From: Eledone cirrhosa
Taxonomy: Eukaryota
Assembly (NCBI GenBank): GCA_964016885.1
Contig: OZ024744.1
Span: forward strand, 11,098,001-11,162,000
Direction of reading: 5' to 3'
Length of the DNA: 64,000 nucleotides
Part shown: piece after piece, positions 42,673 through 57,000 of the stretch
How positions within the stretch are numbered: position 1 is the first letter of the stretch
How the letters are laid out: each line of letters opens with the position of its first letter
The notes under the pieces: model-generated
What the model was told of the DNA's origin: nothing
Database searches by the model: none
Seen by the model: the letters and a program-made list of their open reading frames with translations, nothing else
Translations under genes and position numbers: made by a program

Positions 42673-45600
42673 TCATAGGGGTTGTACTCCAATATGCTGT
42701 GTTGCTGTACTCCAATAGGTTGTGTTGTTGTACTCCAATATGCTGTGTTGGCTGTGCTCCAATACGTTGTGTTGTTGTACTCCAATATTTTGTGCTGCTG
42801 TACTCCAATATGTTGCGTTGTTGTACTCCAATATGTTGTGTTGTTGTACTCCAATATGTTGTGTTGTTGTACTCCAATCTATATCGCTGTTGTACTCCAA
42901 TATGTTGTGTTGTTGTACTCCAATATGTTGTGCTGTTGTACTCCAATATGTTGTGCTGTTGTGCTCCAATATTTTGTGCTGTTATACTCCAATATATTGT
43001 GTTGTTATACTCCAATATGTTGTGTTGTTGTACTCCAAAATATTGTGTTGTTATACTCCAATATGTTGTGTTGTTATACTCCAATAAGTTGTGCTGTTAT
43101 ACTCAATATGTTGTGTTGTTGTACTCCAATATGTTGTGCTGTTATACTCCAATATTTTGTGTTGTTATACTCCAATATGTGGTATTGTTGTACTCCAATA
43201 TGTTGTGCTGTTGTACTCCAATATGTTGTGTTGTTATACTCCAACATGTTGTGTTGTTATACTCCAATATGTTGTGTTGTTATACTCGAATATGTTGTGT
43301 TGTTATACTCGAATATCTTGTGTTGTTATACTCGAATATGTTGTGCTGTTGTACTCCAATATGTCGTGTTGTTGTACTCCAATATATCATGTAGTTGTAC
43401 TCCAATATTTCGTGTTGTTGTACCCCAATATGTAGTGTTGTTTATACTCCAATATGTTTTGCTGTTGTACTCCAATATGTTGTGTTGCTGTACTCCTATA
43501 TGTTGTGTTGTTATTCTCCAATATGTTGTGCTGTTGTACTCCAATGTGTTGTGTTGTTATACTCCAATATGTTGTGTTGATTTACTCCAATATGTTGTGT
43601 TGTTGTACTCCAATCTGTTGTGTTGTTATACTCCAATGTGTTGTGTTGTTATACTCCAATATGTTGTGTTGTTGTAGTCCAATATGTTGTGTTGTCGTAC
43701 TCCAATATGTTGTGTTGTTATACTCCAATATTTCGTGTGGTTGTACTCCAATATGTCATGGTGTTGTACTTCAATATGTCGTGTTGTTGTACTCCAATAT
43801 GTTGTCTTGCTGTACTCCAATATGTTGTGTTGTTGTACTCCAATATCTTGTGTTCTTATACTCCAATATGTTGTGTTGTTATACTCCAATATGTTGTGTT
43901 GTTGTACTCCAATATGTTGTGCTGTTTTACTCCAATATGTTGTGTTGTTGTACTCCAATATGTTGTATTGTTTTTCTCCAATATGTCATGTTATACTCCA
44001 ATAAGTTGTGTTCTTGTACTCCAATATGTTGTGTTGTTGTACTCCAATATATCATGTTGTCGTACTCCAATATGTCATGTTATACTCCAATATGTCATTG
44101 TTGTACTCCAATATGTCGTGTTGTTGTACTCCAATATGTCGTGTTGTTGTACTCCAATATGTTGTGTTGTTGTACTCCAATATGTTGTGTTGTTGTACTC
44201 CAATATGTTGTGTTGTTATACTCCAATATGTTATGTTGTTGTACTCCAATATGTCATGTTGTTGTACTCCAATATGTTTTGATGTTGTACTCCAATATGT
44301 TGTGTTGTTGTACTCCAATATGTTTTGATGTTGTAGTCCAATATGTTGTGTTGTTGTACTCCAATATGTTGTGTAGTCGTACTCCAATATGTTGGGTTGT
44401 TGTACTCCAATATGCTGTGATGTTGTACTCCAATATGATGTGCTGTTGTACTCCAATGCGTTGTGTTGTTGTACTCCAATATGCTGTGTTGTTATACTCC
44501 AATATGTTGTGTTGTTGTACTCCAATATGTTGTGTTGTTGTACTCCAATATGTTGTGTTGTTGTAATCCAATATCTTGTGTAGTTATACTCCAATATGTT
44601 GTGCTGTCGTACTCCAATATGTTGAGTTGTTATACTCCAATATGTAGTGTTGTTATACTCCAATATGTTGTGTTGTTGTACTCCAATCTGTTGCGTTATA
44701 CTCCAATATGTTGTGTTGTTATACTCCAATATGTTGTGTTGTTATACTCCAATATGTTGTGTTGTTTTACTCCAATATGTTGTATTGTTGATCTCCAATA
44801 TGTCATATTATACTCCAATAAGTTGTGTTCTTGTACTCCAATATGTGTTGTTGTTGTACTCCAATATGTTGCGTTGTTGTACTCCAATATATCATGTTGT
44901 CGTACTCCAATATGTCATGTTATACTCCAATATGTTTTGATGCTGTACTCCAATATGTTGTGTTGTTGTACTACAATATGTTGTGTTGTTGTACTCCAAT
45001 ATGTTGTGTTGTTATACTCCAATATGTTGTGCTGTTGTACTCCAATATGTTGTGTTGTTATACTCCAATATGTAGTGTTGTTATACTCCAATATGTTGTG
45101 TTGTTGTACTCCAATCTGTTGTGTTGTTATACTCCAATATATTGTGTTGTTATACTCCAATATGTTGTGTTGTTTTACTCCAATATGTTGTGTTGTTGTA
45201 CTCCAATATGTTGTATTGTTGTTCTCCAATATGTCATGTTATACTCCAATAAGTTGTGTTCTTGTACTCCAATATGTTGTGTTGTTGTACTCCAATGTGT
45301 TGTGTTGTTGTACTCCAATATATCATGTTGTCGTACTCCAATATGTCATGTTATACTCCAATATGTCGTTGTTATACTCCAATATGTCATGATGTTGTAC
45401 TCCAATATGTCGTGTTCTTGTACTCCAATATGTCGTGTTGTCGTACTCCAATATGTTGTGTTGTTGTACTCCAATATATTGTGCTGTTGTACTCCAATAT
45501 GTTGTGTTGTTGTACTCCAATATGTTGTGCTGTTGTACTCCAATATTTCGTGTTGTTGTACTCCAATACGTCGTGTTGTACTCCAATATGTTGTGTTGTT

Positions 45601-48600
45601 ATACTCCAATATGTTATGTTGTTGTACTCCAATGTGTCTTGTTGTTGTACTCCAATATGTTTTGATGTTGTACTCCAATATGTTGTGTTGTTGCACTCCA
45701 ATATGTTTTGATGTTGTACTCCAATATGTTGTGTTGTTGTACTCCAATATGTTGTGTAGTCGTATTCCAATATGTTGTGTTGTTGTACTCTAATATGTTT
45801 TGTTGTTATTCTCCAATATGTTGTGATGTTGTACTCCAATGTGTTGTGTTGTTGTACTCCAATGTGATGTGTTGTTGTACTCCAATATGTTGTGCTGTTG
45901 TACTCCAATATTTTTTGTTTTTTGTACTCCAATATGTTGTGTTGTTATACTCCAATATGTTGTGTTGTTATACTCCAATATGGTGTGTTGTTGTACTCCA
46001 ATATGTTGTATTGTTTTCTCCAATATGTCATGTTATACTCCAATATGGTGTGTTCGTGTACTCCAATATGTTGTGTTATTGTACTCCAATATGTTGCGTT
46101 GTTGTACTCCAATATGTTGTGTTGTTATACTCCAATATGTCGTGTGGCTGTACTCCAATATGTCATGTTGTTGTACTCCAATATGTCTTGTTATAGTCCA
46201 ATATGTCGTGTTGTTGTACTCCAATATATCATGTAGTTGTACTCCAATATTTCGTGTTGTTGTACCCCAATATGTAGTGTTGTTTATACTCCAATATGTT
46301 TTGCTGTTGTACTCCAATATGTTGTGTTGCTGTACTCCTATATGTTGTGTTGTTATTCTCCAATATGTTGTGCTGTTGTACTCCAATGTGTTGTGTTGTT
46401 ATACTCCAATGTGTTGTGTTGTTATACTCCAATATGTTGTGTTGTTGTAGTCCAATATGTTGTGTTGTCATACTCCAATATGTTGTGTTGTTATACTCCA
46501 ATATTTCGTGTGATTGTACTCCAGTATGTCATGGTGTTGTACTTCAATATGTCGTGTTGTTGTACTCCAATATGTTGTCTTGTTGTACTCCAATCTGTTG
46601 TATTGTTGTACTTCAATATGTTCTGTTGTTGTACTCCAATATATTGTGTTGTTGTACTCCAATATGTTGTGTTGTTGTACTCCAATATGCTGTGTTGTTG
46701 TACTCCAATATGTTGTGTTGTTGTACTCCAATATGTTGTGTTGTTGTACTCCAATATCTTGTGTTCTTATACTCCAATATGTTGTGTTGTTATACTCCAA
46801 TATGTTGTGTTGTTGTACTCCAATATGTTGTGCTGTTGTACTCCAATATGATGTGATGTTGTACTCCAATATGTTGTGTTGGTGTACTCCAATGTGTTGT
46901 GTTGTTGTACTCCAATATGTTGTGCCGTTGTACTCCAATATTTTTTTTGTTTTTGTACTCCAAAATGTTGTGTTGTTATACTCCAATATGTTGTGTTGGT
47001 GTACTCCAATATGGTGTGCTGTTGTACTCCAAATCTCGTGTTGTTATACTCCAATGTGTTGTGTTGTTATACTCCAATATGGTGTGTTGTTGAACTCCAA
47101 TATGTTGTATTGTTTTTCTCCAATATGTCATGTTATACTCCAATATGTCGTGTTGCTGTACTCCAATATGTCATGCTGTTGTACTCCAATATGTTTTGCT
47201 GTTGTACTCCACCGTGTTGTGTTGTTGAACTCCAATACGTTGTGTTGTTGTTCTCCAATATTTTGTGCTGTTGTACTCCAATTTGTGTTGTTGTACTCCA
47301 ATATGTTGTGTTGTTGTACTCCAATATGTTGTGTTGTTGTACTCCAATATGTTGTGTTGTTATACTCCAATTTGCTGTGCTGTTGTACTCCAAACTTTCG
47401 TGTTGTTGTACTCCAATACGTCGTGTTGTTGTACTCCAATATGTTTTGATGTTGTACTCAAATATGTTGTGTTGTTGTACTCCAATATGTTTTGATGTTG
47501 TACTCCAATATGTTGTGTTGTTGTACTCCAATATGTTGTGTAGTCTTACTCCAATATGTTGTGTTGTTGTACTCCAATATTCTGTGATGTTGTACTCCAA
47601 TATGATGTGATGTTGTACTCCAATGCGTTGTGTTGTTGTACTCCAATGTGATGTGTTGTTGTACTCCAATATGTTGTGCCATTGTACTCCAATATTTTTT
47701 TATATTTGTACTCCAATATGTTGTGTTGTTATACTCCAATATGTTGTGCTGTTGTACTCCAAATCTCGTGTTGTTATACTCCAATGTGTTGTGTTGTTAT
47801 ACTCCAATATGGTGTGTTGTTGTAGTCCAATATGTTGTATTGTTTTTTTCCAATATGTCATGTTATACTCCAATATGTTGTGTTCGTGTACTCCAATATG
47901 TTGTGTTATTGTACTCCAATATGTTGCGTTGTTGTACTCCAATATGTTGTGTTGTTATACTCCAATATGTTGTGTTGTTGTACTCCAATATGTTGTCTTG
48001 TTGTACTCCAAAAGGCCATGTTATCGTACTCCAATATGTGTTGTTATACTCCAATATGTCGTGTGGCTGTACTCCAATATTTCATGTTGTTGTACTCCAA
48101 TATGTCTTGTTATAGTCCAATATGTCGTGTTGTTGTACTCCAATATGTCATGTAGTTGTATTCCAATATTTCGTGTTGTTGTACCCCAATATGTCGTGTT
48201 GTTTATACTCCAATATGTTTTGCTGTTGTACTCCAATATGTTGTGTTGCTGTATTCCAATATGTTGTGTTGTTATTCTCCAATATGTTGTGCTGTTGTAC
48301 TCCAATGTGTTATGTTGTTATACTCCAATATGTTGTGCTGTGCTACTCCAATATATTGTGTTGTTGTACTCCAATGTGTTGTGTTGTTATACTCCAATAT
48401 GTTGTGTTGATTTACTCCAATATGTTGTGTTGTTGTACTCCAATATGTTGTGTTGTTATACTCCAATATGTTATGTTGTTATACTCCAATATGTTGTGTT
48501 GTTTTACTCCAATATGTTGTGTTGTTGTACTCCAATATGTTGTGTTGTTGTACTCCAATATGTTGTGTTGTTGTAATCCAATATCTTGTGTTGTTATACT

Positions 48601-51600
48601 CCAATATGTTGTGTTGTTGTACTCCAATATGTTGTGTTGTTATACTCCAATATGTTGTGTTGTGATACTCCAATATGTTGTGCTGTTGTACTCCAATATG
48701 TTGTGTTGTTATACTCCAATATGTTGTGTTGTTTTACTCCAATATGTTGTGTTGTTGTACTCCAATATGTTGTATTGTTGTTCTCCAATATGTCATGTTA
48801 TACTCCAATAAGTTGTGTTCGTGTACTCCAATATGTTGTGTTGTTGTACTCCAATATATCATGTTGTCGTACTCCAATATGTCATGTTATACTCCAATAT
48901 GTCGTTGTTATACTCCAATATGTCATGTTGTTGTACTCCAATATGTCGTATTGTTATACTCCAATATGTTTTGATGTTGTACTCCAATATGTTGTGTTGT
49001 TGTACTCCAATATGTTGTGTAGTCGTACTCCAATATGTTGTATTGTTATACTCCAATATGTTGTGCTGTTGTACTCCAATATGTTCTGTTGTTGTACTCC
49101 AATATATTGTGTTGTTGTACTCCAATATGTCGTGTTGTTGTACTCCAATATGTCGTGTTGTTGTACTCCAATATGTTGTGTTGTTGTACTCCAATATGTT
49201 GTGTTGTTGTACTCCAATATGTTGTGTTGTTATACTCCAATATGTTATGTTGTTGTACTCCAATATGTCATGTTGTTGTACTCCAATATGTTTTGATGTT
49301 GTACTCCAATATGTTGTGTTGTTGTACTCCAATGTGTTGTGTTGTTGTACTCCAATATGTTGTGCCGTTGTACTCCAATATTTTTTTGTTTTTGTACTCC
49401 AAAATGTTGTGTTGTTATACTCCAATATGTTGTGTTGGTGTACTCCAATATGGTGTGCTGTTGTACTCCAAATCTCGTGTTGTTATACTCCAATATGTTG
49501 TGTTGTTATACTCCAATATGGTGTGTTGTTGAACTCCAATATGTTGTATTGTTTTTCTCCAATATGTCATGTTATACTCCAATATGTTGTGTTCGTGTAC
49601 TCCAATATGTTGTGTTATTGTACTCCAATATGTTGCGTTATTGTACTCCAATATGTTGTGTTGTTATACTCCAATATGTTGTGTTGTTGTACTCCAATAT
49701 GTCATGTTGTTGTACTCCAGTATGTCTTGTTATACTCCAATATGTCGTGTTGCTGTACTCCAATATGTCATGCTGTTGTACTCCAATATTTCGTGTCGTT
49801 GTACACCAATATGTTGTGCTTTTGTACTCCAATATGTTTTGCTGTTGTACTCCACTGTGTTGTGTTGTTGAACTCCAATATGTTGTGTTGTTGTTCTCCA
49901 ATATTTTGTGCTGTTGTACTCCAATGTGTTGTGTTGTTATACTCCAATATGTTGTGTTGTGATACTCCAATGTGTTGTGTTGTTGTACTCCAATATGTTG
50001 TGTTGTTGTACTCCAATATGTTGTGTTGTTATACACCAATGTGGTGTGCTGTTGTAATCCAATATGTTATGTTTTACTCCAATATGTTGTGTTGTTATAC
50101 TCCAATATGTAGTGTTGTTATACTCCAATATGTTGTGTTGTTGTACTCCAATCTGTTGTGTTATACTCCAATATGTTGTGTTGTTATACTCCAATATGTT
50201 GTGTCGTTATACTCCAATATGTTGTGTTGTTGTACTCCAATATGTTTATTGTTGTTCTCCAATATGTCATGCTATACTCCAATAAGTTGTGTTCTTTTAC
50301 TCCAATATGTTTTGTTGTTGTACTCCAATATGTTGTGTTGTTGTACTCCAATATATCATGTTGTCGTACTCCAATATGTCATGTTATACTCCAATATGTC
50401 GTTGCTGTACTCCAACATGTCGTGTTGTAGTACTCCAATATGTTTTGATGTTGTACTCCAATATGTTGTGTTGTTGTACTCCAATATGTTGTGTTGTTGT
50501 ACTCCAATATGTTGTGTTGTTGTACTCCAATATGTTGTGTTGTTATACTCCAATATGTTGTGCTGTTGTACTCCAATATGTCATGTTGTTGTACTCCGAT
50601 ATTTCGTGTTGTTCTACTCCAATATTTCGTGTTGTTGTACTCCAATATGTCGTGGTGTTGTACTCCAATATGTTTTGATGTTGTACTCCAATATGTCGTG
50701 TTGTTGTACTCCAATATGTTGTGTTGTTGTACTCCAATATGCTGTGTTGTTATACTCCTATATGTTGTGCTGTTGTACTTCAATATGTTGTGTTCTACTC
50801 CAATATGTTGTGTTGTTATACTCCAATATGTTGTGTTGTTGTACTCCAATATGTTGTGTTGTTGTACTCCAATATGTGATGTTGTTGTACTCCAATATGT
50901 CGTATTGTTGTACTCCAATATATTGTGTTGTTATACTCCAATATTTCGTGTTGTTTTAGTCCAATATGTCATGTTGTTTTACTCCAATATTTCGTGTTGT
51001 ACTCCAATATGTCATGGTGTTGCACTTCAATATGTCGTATTGTTGTACTCCAATATGTCATAGGGGTTGTACTCCAATATGCTGTGTTGCTGTACTCCAA
51101 TAGGTTGTGTTGTTGTACTCCAATATGCTGTGTTGGCTGTGCTCCAATACGTTGTGTTGTTGTACTCCAATATGCTGTGCTGCTGTACTCCAATATGTTG
51201 TGTTGTTGTACTCCAATATGTTGTGTTGTTGTACTCCAATATGTTGTGTTGTTGTACTCCAATCTATATCGCTGTTGTACTCCAATATGTTGTGTTGTTG
51301 TACTCCAATATGTTGTGCTGTTGTACTCCAATATGTTGTGCTGTTGTACTCCAATATTTTGTGCTGTTATACTCCAATATATTGTGTTGTTATACTCCAA
51401 TATGTTGTGTTGTTGTACTCCAAAATATTATGTTGTTATACTCCAATATGTTGTGTTGTTATACTCCAATAAGTTGTGCTGTTATACTCCAATATGTTGT
51501 GTTGTTGTACTCCAATATGTTGTGCTGTTATACTCCAATATTTTGTGTTGTTATACTCCAATATGTGGTATTGTTGTACTCCAATATGTTGTGCTGTTGT

Positions 51601-54600
51601 ACTCCAATATGTTGTGTTGTTATACTCCAACATGTTGTGTTGTTATACTCCAATATGTTGTGTTGTTATACTCGAATATGTTGTGTTGTTATACTCGAAT
51701 ATCTTGTGTTGTTATACTCGAATATGTTGTGCTGTTGTACTCCAATATGTCGTGTTGTTGTACTCCAATATATCATGTAGTTGTACTCCAATATTTCGTG
51801 TTGTTGTACCCCAATATGTAGTGTTGTTTATACTCCAATATGTTTTGCTGTTGTACTCCAATATGTTGTGTTGCTATACTCCTATATGTTGTGTTGTTAT
51901 TCTCCAATATGTTGTGCTGTTGTACTCCAATGTGTTGTGTTGTTATACTCCAATATGTTGTGTTGATTTACTCCAATATGTTGTGTTGTTGTACTCCAAT
52001 CTGTTGTGTTGTTATACTCCAATGTGTTGTGTTGTTATACTCCAATATGTTGTGTTGTTGTAGTCCAATATGTTGTGTTGTCGTACTCCAATATGTTGTG
52101 TTGTTATTCTCCAATATTTCGTGTGGTTGTACTCCAATATGTCATGATGTTGTACTTCAATATGTCGTGTTGTTGTACTCCAATATGTTGTCTTGCTGTA
52201 CTCCAATATGTTGTGTTGTTGTACTCCAATATCTTGTGTTCTTATACTCCAATATGTTGTGTTGTTATACTCCAATATGTTGTGTTGTTGTACTCCAATA
52301 TGTTGTGCTGTGTAACTCCAATATGTTGTGTTGTTGTACTCCAATATGTTGTATTGTTTTTCTCCAATATGTCATGTTATACTCCAATAAGTTGTGTTGT
52401 TGTACTCCAATATATCATGTTGTCGTACTCCAATATGTCATGTTATACTCCAATATGTCATTGTTGTACTCCAATATGTCGTGTTGTTGTACTCCAATAT
52501 GTCGTGTTGTTGTACTCCAATATGTTGTGTTGTTGTACTCCAATATGTTGTGTTGTTGTACTCCAATATGTTGTGTTGTTATACTCCAATATGTTATGTT
52601 GTTGTACTCCAATATGTCATGTTGTTGTACTCCAATATGTTTTGATGTTGTACTCCAATATGTTGTGTTGTTGTACTCCAATATGTTTTGATGTTGTAGT
52701 CCAATATGTTGTGTTGTTGTACTCCAATATGTTGTGTAGTCGTACTCCAATATGTTGTGTTGTTGTACTCCAATATGCTGTGATGTTGTACTCCAATATG
52801 ATGTGCTGTTGTACTCCAATGCGTTGTGTTGTTGTACTCCAATATGCTGTGTTGTTATACTCCAATATGTTGTGTTGTTGTACTCCAATATGTTGTGTTG
52901 TTGTACTCCAATATGTTGTGTTGTTGTAATCCAATATCTTGTGTTGTTATACTCCAATATGTTGTGCTGTTGTACTCCAATATGTTGAGTTGTTATACTC
53001 CAATATGTAGTGTTGTTATACTCCAATATGTTGTGTTGTTGTACTCCAATCTGTTGCGTTATACTCCAATATGTTGTGTTGTTATACTCCAATATGTTGT
53101 GTTGTTATACTCCAATATGTTGTGTTGTTTTACTCCAATATGTTGTATTGTTGATCTCCAATATGTCATATTATACTCCAATAAGTTGTGTTCTTGTACT
53201 CCAATATGTGTTGTTGTTGTACTCCAATATGTTGCGTTGTTGTACTCCAATATATCATGTTGTCGTACTCCAATATGTCATGTTATACTCCAATATGTTT
53301 TGATGCTGTACTCCAATATGTTGTGTTGTTGTACTACAATATGTTGTGTTGTTGTACTCCAATATGTTGTGTTGTTATACTCCAATATGTTGTGCTGTTG
53401 TACTCCAATATGTTGTGTTGTTATACTCCAATATGTAGTGTTGTTATACTCCAATATGTTGTGTTGTTGTACTCCAATCTGTTGTGTTGTTATACTCCAA
53501 TATATTGTGTTGTTATACTCCAATATGTTGTGTTGTTTTACTCCAATATGTTGTGTTGTTGTACTCCAATATGTTGTATTGTTGTTCTCCAATATGTCAT
53601 GTTATACTCCAATAAGTTGTGTTCTTGTACTCCAATATGTTGTGTTGTTGTACTCCAATATGTTGTGTTGTTGTACTCCAATATATCATGTTGTCGTACT
53701 CCAATATGTCATGTTATACTCCAATATGTCGTTGTTATACTCCAATATGTCATGATGTTGTACTCCAATATGTCGTGTTCTTGTACTCCAATATGTCGTG
53801 TTGTCGTACTCCAATATGTTGTGTTGTTGTACTCCAATATGTTGTGCTGTTGTACTCCAATATGTTGTGTTGTTATACTCCAATATGTTGTGTTGTTATA
53901 CTCCAATATGGTGTGCTGTTGTACTCCAATATTTCGTGTTGTTGTACTCCAATACGTCGTGTTGTACTCCAATATGTTGTGTTGTTATACTCCAATATGT
54001 TATGTTGTTGTACTCCAATGTGTCTTGTTGTTGTACTCCAATATGTTTTGATGTTGTACTCCAATATGTTGTGTTGTTGTACTCCAATATGTTTTGATAT
54101 TGTACTCCAATATGTTGTGTTGTTGTACTCCAATATGTTGTGTAGTCGTATTCCAATATGTTGTGTTGTTGTACTCTAATATGTTTTGTTGTTATTCTCC
54201 AATATGTTGTGATGTTGTACTCCAATGTGTTGTGTTGTTGTACTCCAATGTGATGTGTTGCTGTACTCCAATATGTTGTGCTGTTGTACTCCAATATTTT
54301 TTGTTTTTTGTACTCCAATATGTTGTGTTGTTATACTCCAATATGTTGTGTTGTTATACTCCAATATGGTGTGTTGTTGTACTCCAATATGTTGTATTGT
54401 TTTCTCCAATATGTCATGTTATACTCCAATATGGTGTGTTAGTGTACTCCAATATGTTGTGTTATTGTACTCCAATATGTTGCGTTGTTGTACTCCAATA
54501 TGTTGTGTTGTTATACTCCAATATGTCGTGTGGCTGTACTCCAATATGTCATGTTGTTGTACTCCAATATGTCTTGTTATAGTCCAATATGTCGTGTTGT

Positions 54601-57000
54601 TGTACTCCAATATATCATGTAGTTGTACTCCAATATTTCGTGTTGTTGTACCCCAATATGTAGTGTTGTTTATACTCCAATATGTTTTGCTGTTGTACTC
54701 CAATATGTTGTGTTGCTGTACTCCTATATGTTGTGTTGTTATTCTCCAATATGTTGTGCTGTTGTACTCCAATGTGTTGTGTTGTTATACTCCAATGTGT
54801 TGTGTTGTTATACTCCAATATGTTGTGTTGTTGTAGTCCAATATGTTGTGTTGTCGTACTCCAATATGTTGTGTTGTTATACTCCAATATTTCGTGTGGT
54901 TGTACTCCAGTATGTCATGGTGTTGTACTTCAATATGTCGTGCTGTTGTACTCCAATATGTTGTCTTGTTGTACTCCAATCTGTTGTATTGTTGTACTTC
55001 AATATGTTCTGTTGTTGTACTCCAATATAGTGTGTTGTTGTACTCCAATATGTTGTGTTGTTGTACTCCAATATGCTGTGTTGTTGTACTCCAATATGTT
55101 GTGTTGTTGTACTCCAATATGTTGTGTTGTTGTACTCCAATATCTTGTGTTCTTATACTCCAATATGTTGTGTTGTTATACTCCAATATGTTGTGTTGTT
55201 GTACTCCAATATGTTGTGCTGTTGTACTCCAATATGATGTGCTGTTGTACTCCAATATGTTGTGTTGTTGTACTCCAATGTGTTGTGTTGTTGTACTCCA
55301 ATATGTTGTGCCGTTGTACTCCAATATTTTTTTGTTTTTGTACTCCAAAATGTTGTGTTGTTATACTCCAATATGTTGTGTTGGTGTACTCCAATATGGT
55401 GTGCTGTTGTACTCCAAATCTCGTGTTGTTATACTCCAATGTGTTGTGTTGTTATACTCCAATATGGTGTGTTGTTGAACTCCAATATGTTGTATTGTTT
55501 TTCTCCAATATGTCATGTTATACTCCAATATGTCGTGTTGCTGTACTCCAATATGTCATGCAGTTGTACTTCAATATGTTTTGCTGTTGTACTCCACCGT
55601 GTTGTGTTGTTGAACTCCAATACGTTGTGTTGTTGTTCTCCAATATTTTGTGCTGTTGTACTCCAATTTGTGTTGTTGTACTCCAATATGTTGTGTTGTT
55701 GTACTCCAATATGTTGTGTTGTTGTACTCCAATATGTTGTGTTGTTATACTCCAATATGTTGTGCTGTTGTACTCCAATATTTCGTGTTGTTGTACTCCA
55801 ATACGTCGTGTTGTTGTACTCCAATATGTTTTGATGTTGTACTCAAATATGTTGTGTTGTTGTACTCCAATATGTTTTGATGTTGTACTCCAATATGTTG
55901 TGTTGTTGTACTCCAATATGTTGTGTAGTCTTACTCCAATATGTTGTGTTGTTGTACTCCAATATGCTGTGATGTTGTACTCCAATATGATGTGATGTTG
56001 TACTCCAATGTGTTGTGTTGTTGTACTCCAATGTGATGTGTTGTTGTACTCCAATATGTTGTGCCATTGTACTCCAATATTTTTTATATTTGTACTGCAA
56101 TATGTTGTTTTGTTATACTCCAATATGTTGTGCTGTTGTACTCCAAATCTCGTGTTGTTATACTCCAATGTGTTGTGTTGTTATACTCCAATATGGTGTG
56201 TTGTTGTAGTCCAATATGTTGTATTGTTTTTTTCCAATATGTCATGTTATACTCCAATATGTTGTGTTCGTGTACTCCAATATGTTGTGTTATTGTACTC
56301 CAATATGTTGCGTTGTTGTACTCCAATATGTTGTGTTGTTATACTCCAATATGTTGTGTTGTTGTACTCCAATATGTTGTCTTGTTGTACTCCAAAAGGC
56401 CATGTTATCGTACTCCAATATGTCTTGTTATACCCCAATATGTCGTGTGGCTGTACTCCAATATGTCATGTTGTTGTACTCCAATATGTCTTGTTATAGT
56501 CCAATATGTCGTGTTGTTGTACTCCAATATGTCATGTAGTTGTATTCCAATATTTCGTGTTGTTGTACCCCAATATGTCGTGTTGTTTATACTCCAATAT
56601 GTTTTGCTGTTGTACTCCAATATGTTGTGTTGCTGTATTCCAATATGTTGTGTTGTTATTCTCCAATATGTTGTGCTGTTGTACTCCAATGTGTTATGTT
56701 GTTATACTCCAATATGTTGTGCTGTGCTACTCCAATATATTGTGTTGTTGTACTCCAATGTGTTGTGTTGTTATACTCCAATATGTTGTGTTGATTTACT
56801 CCAATATGTTGTGTTGTTGTACTCCAATCTGTTGTGTTGTTATACTCCAATATGTTGTGTTGTTATACTCCAATATGTTGTGTTGTTTTACTCCAATATG
56901 TTGTGTTGTTGTACTCCAATATGTTGTGTTGTTGTACTCCAATATGTTGTGTTGTTGTAATCCAATATCTTGTGTTGTTATACTCCAATATGTTGTGTTG
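42673..57000 (+). repeat. ~8.4-kb higher-order unit (42673-51057) followed by a more diverged partial copy (51058-~57000)
   Basis: The marker TCATAGGGG lies at 42673 and 51058 (8385 apart). ORF offsets are 8385-8386 (43454/51840, 45708/54094, 47623/56008), with a transient 23-bp shift (44463/52826 = 8363). Confidence 0.85.
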
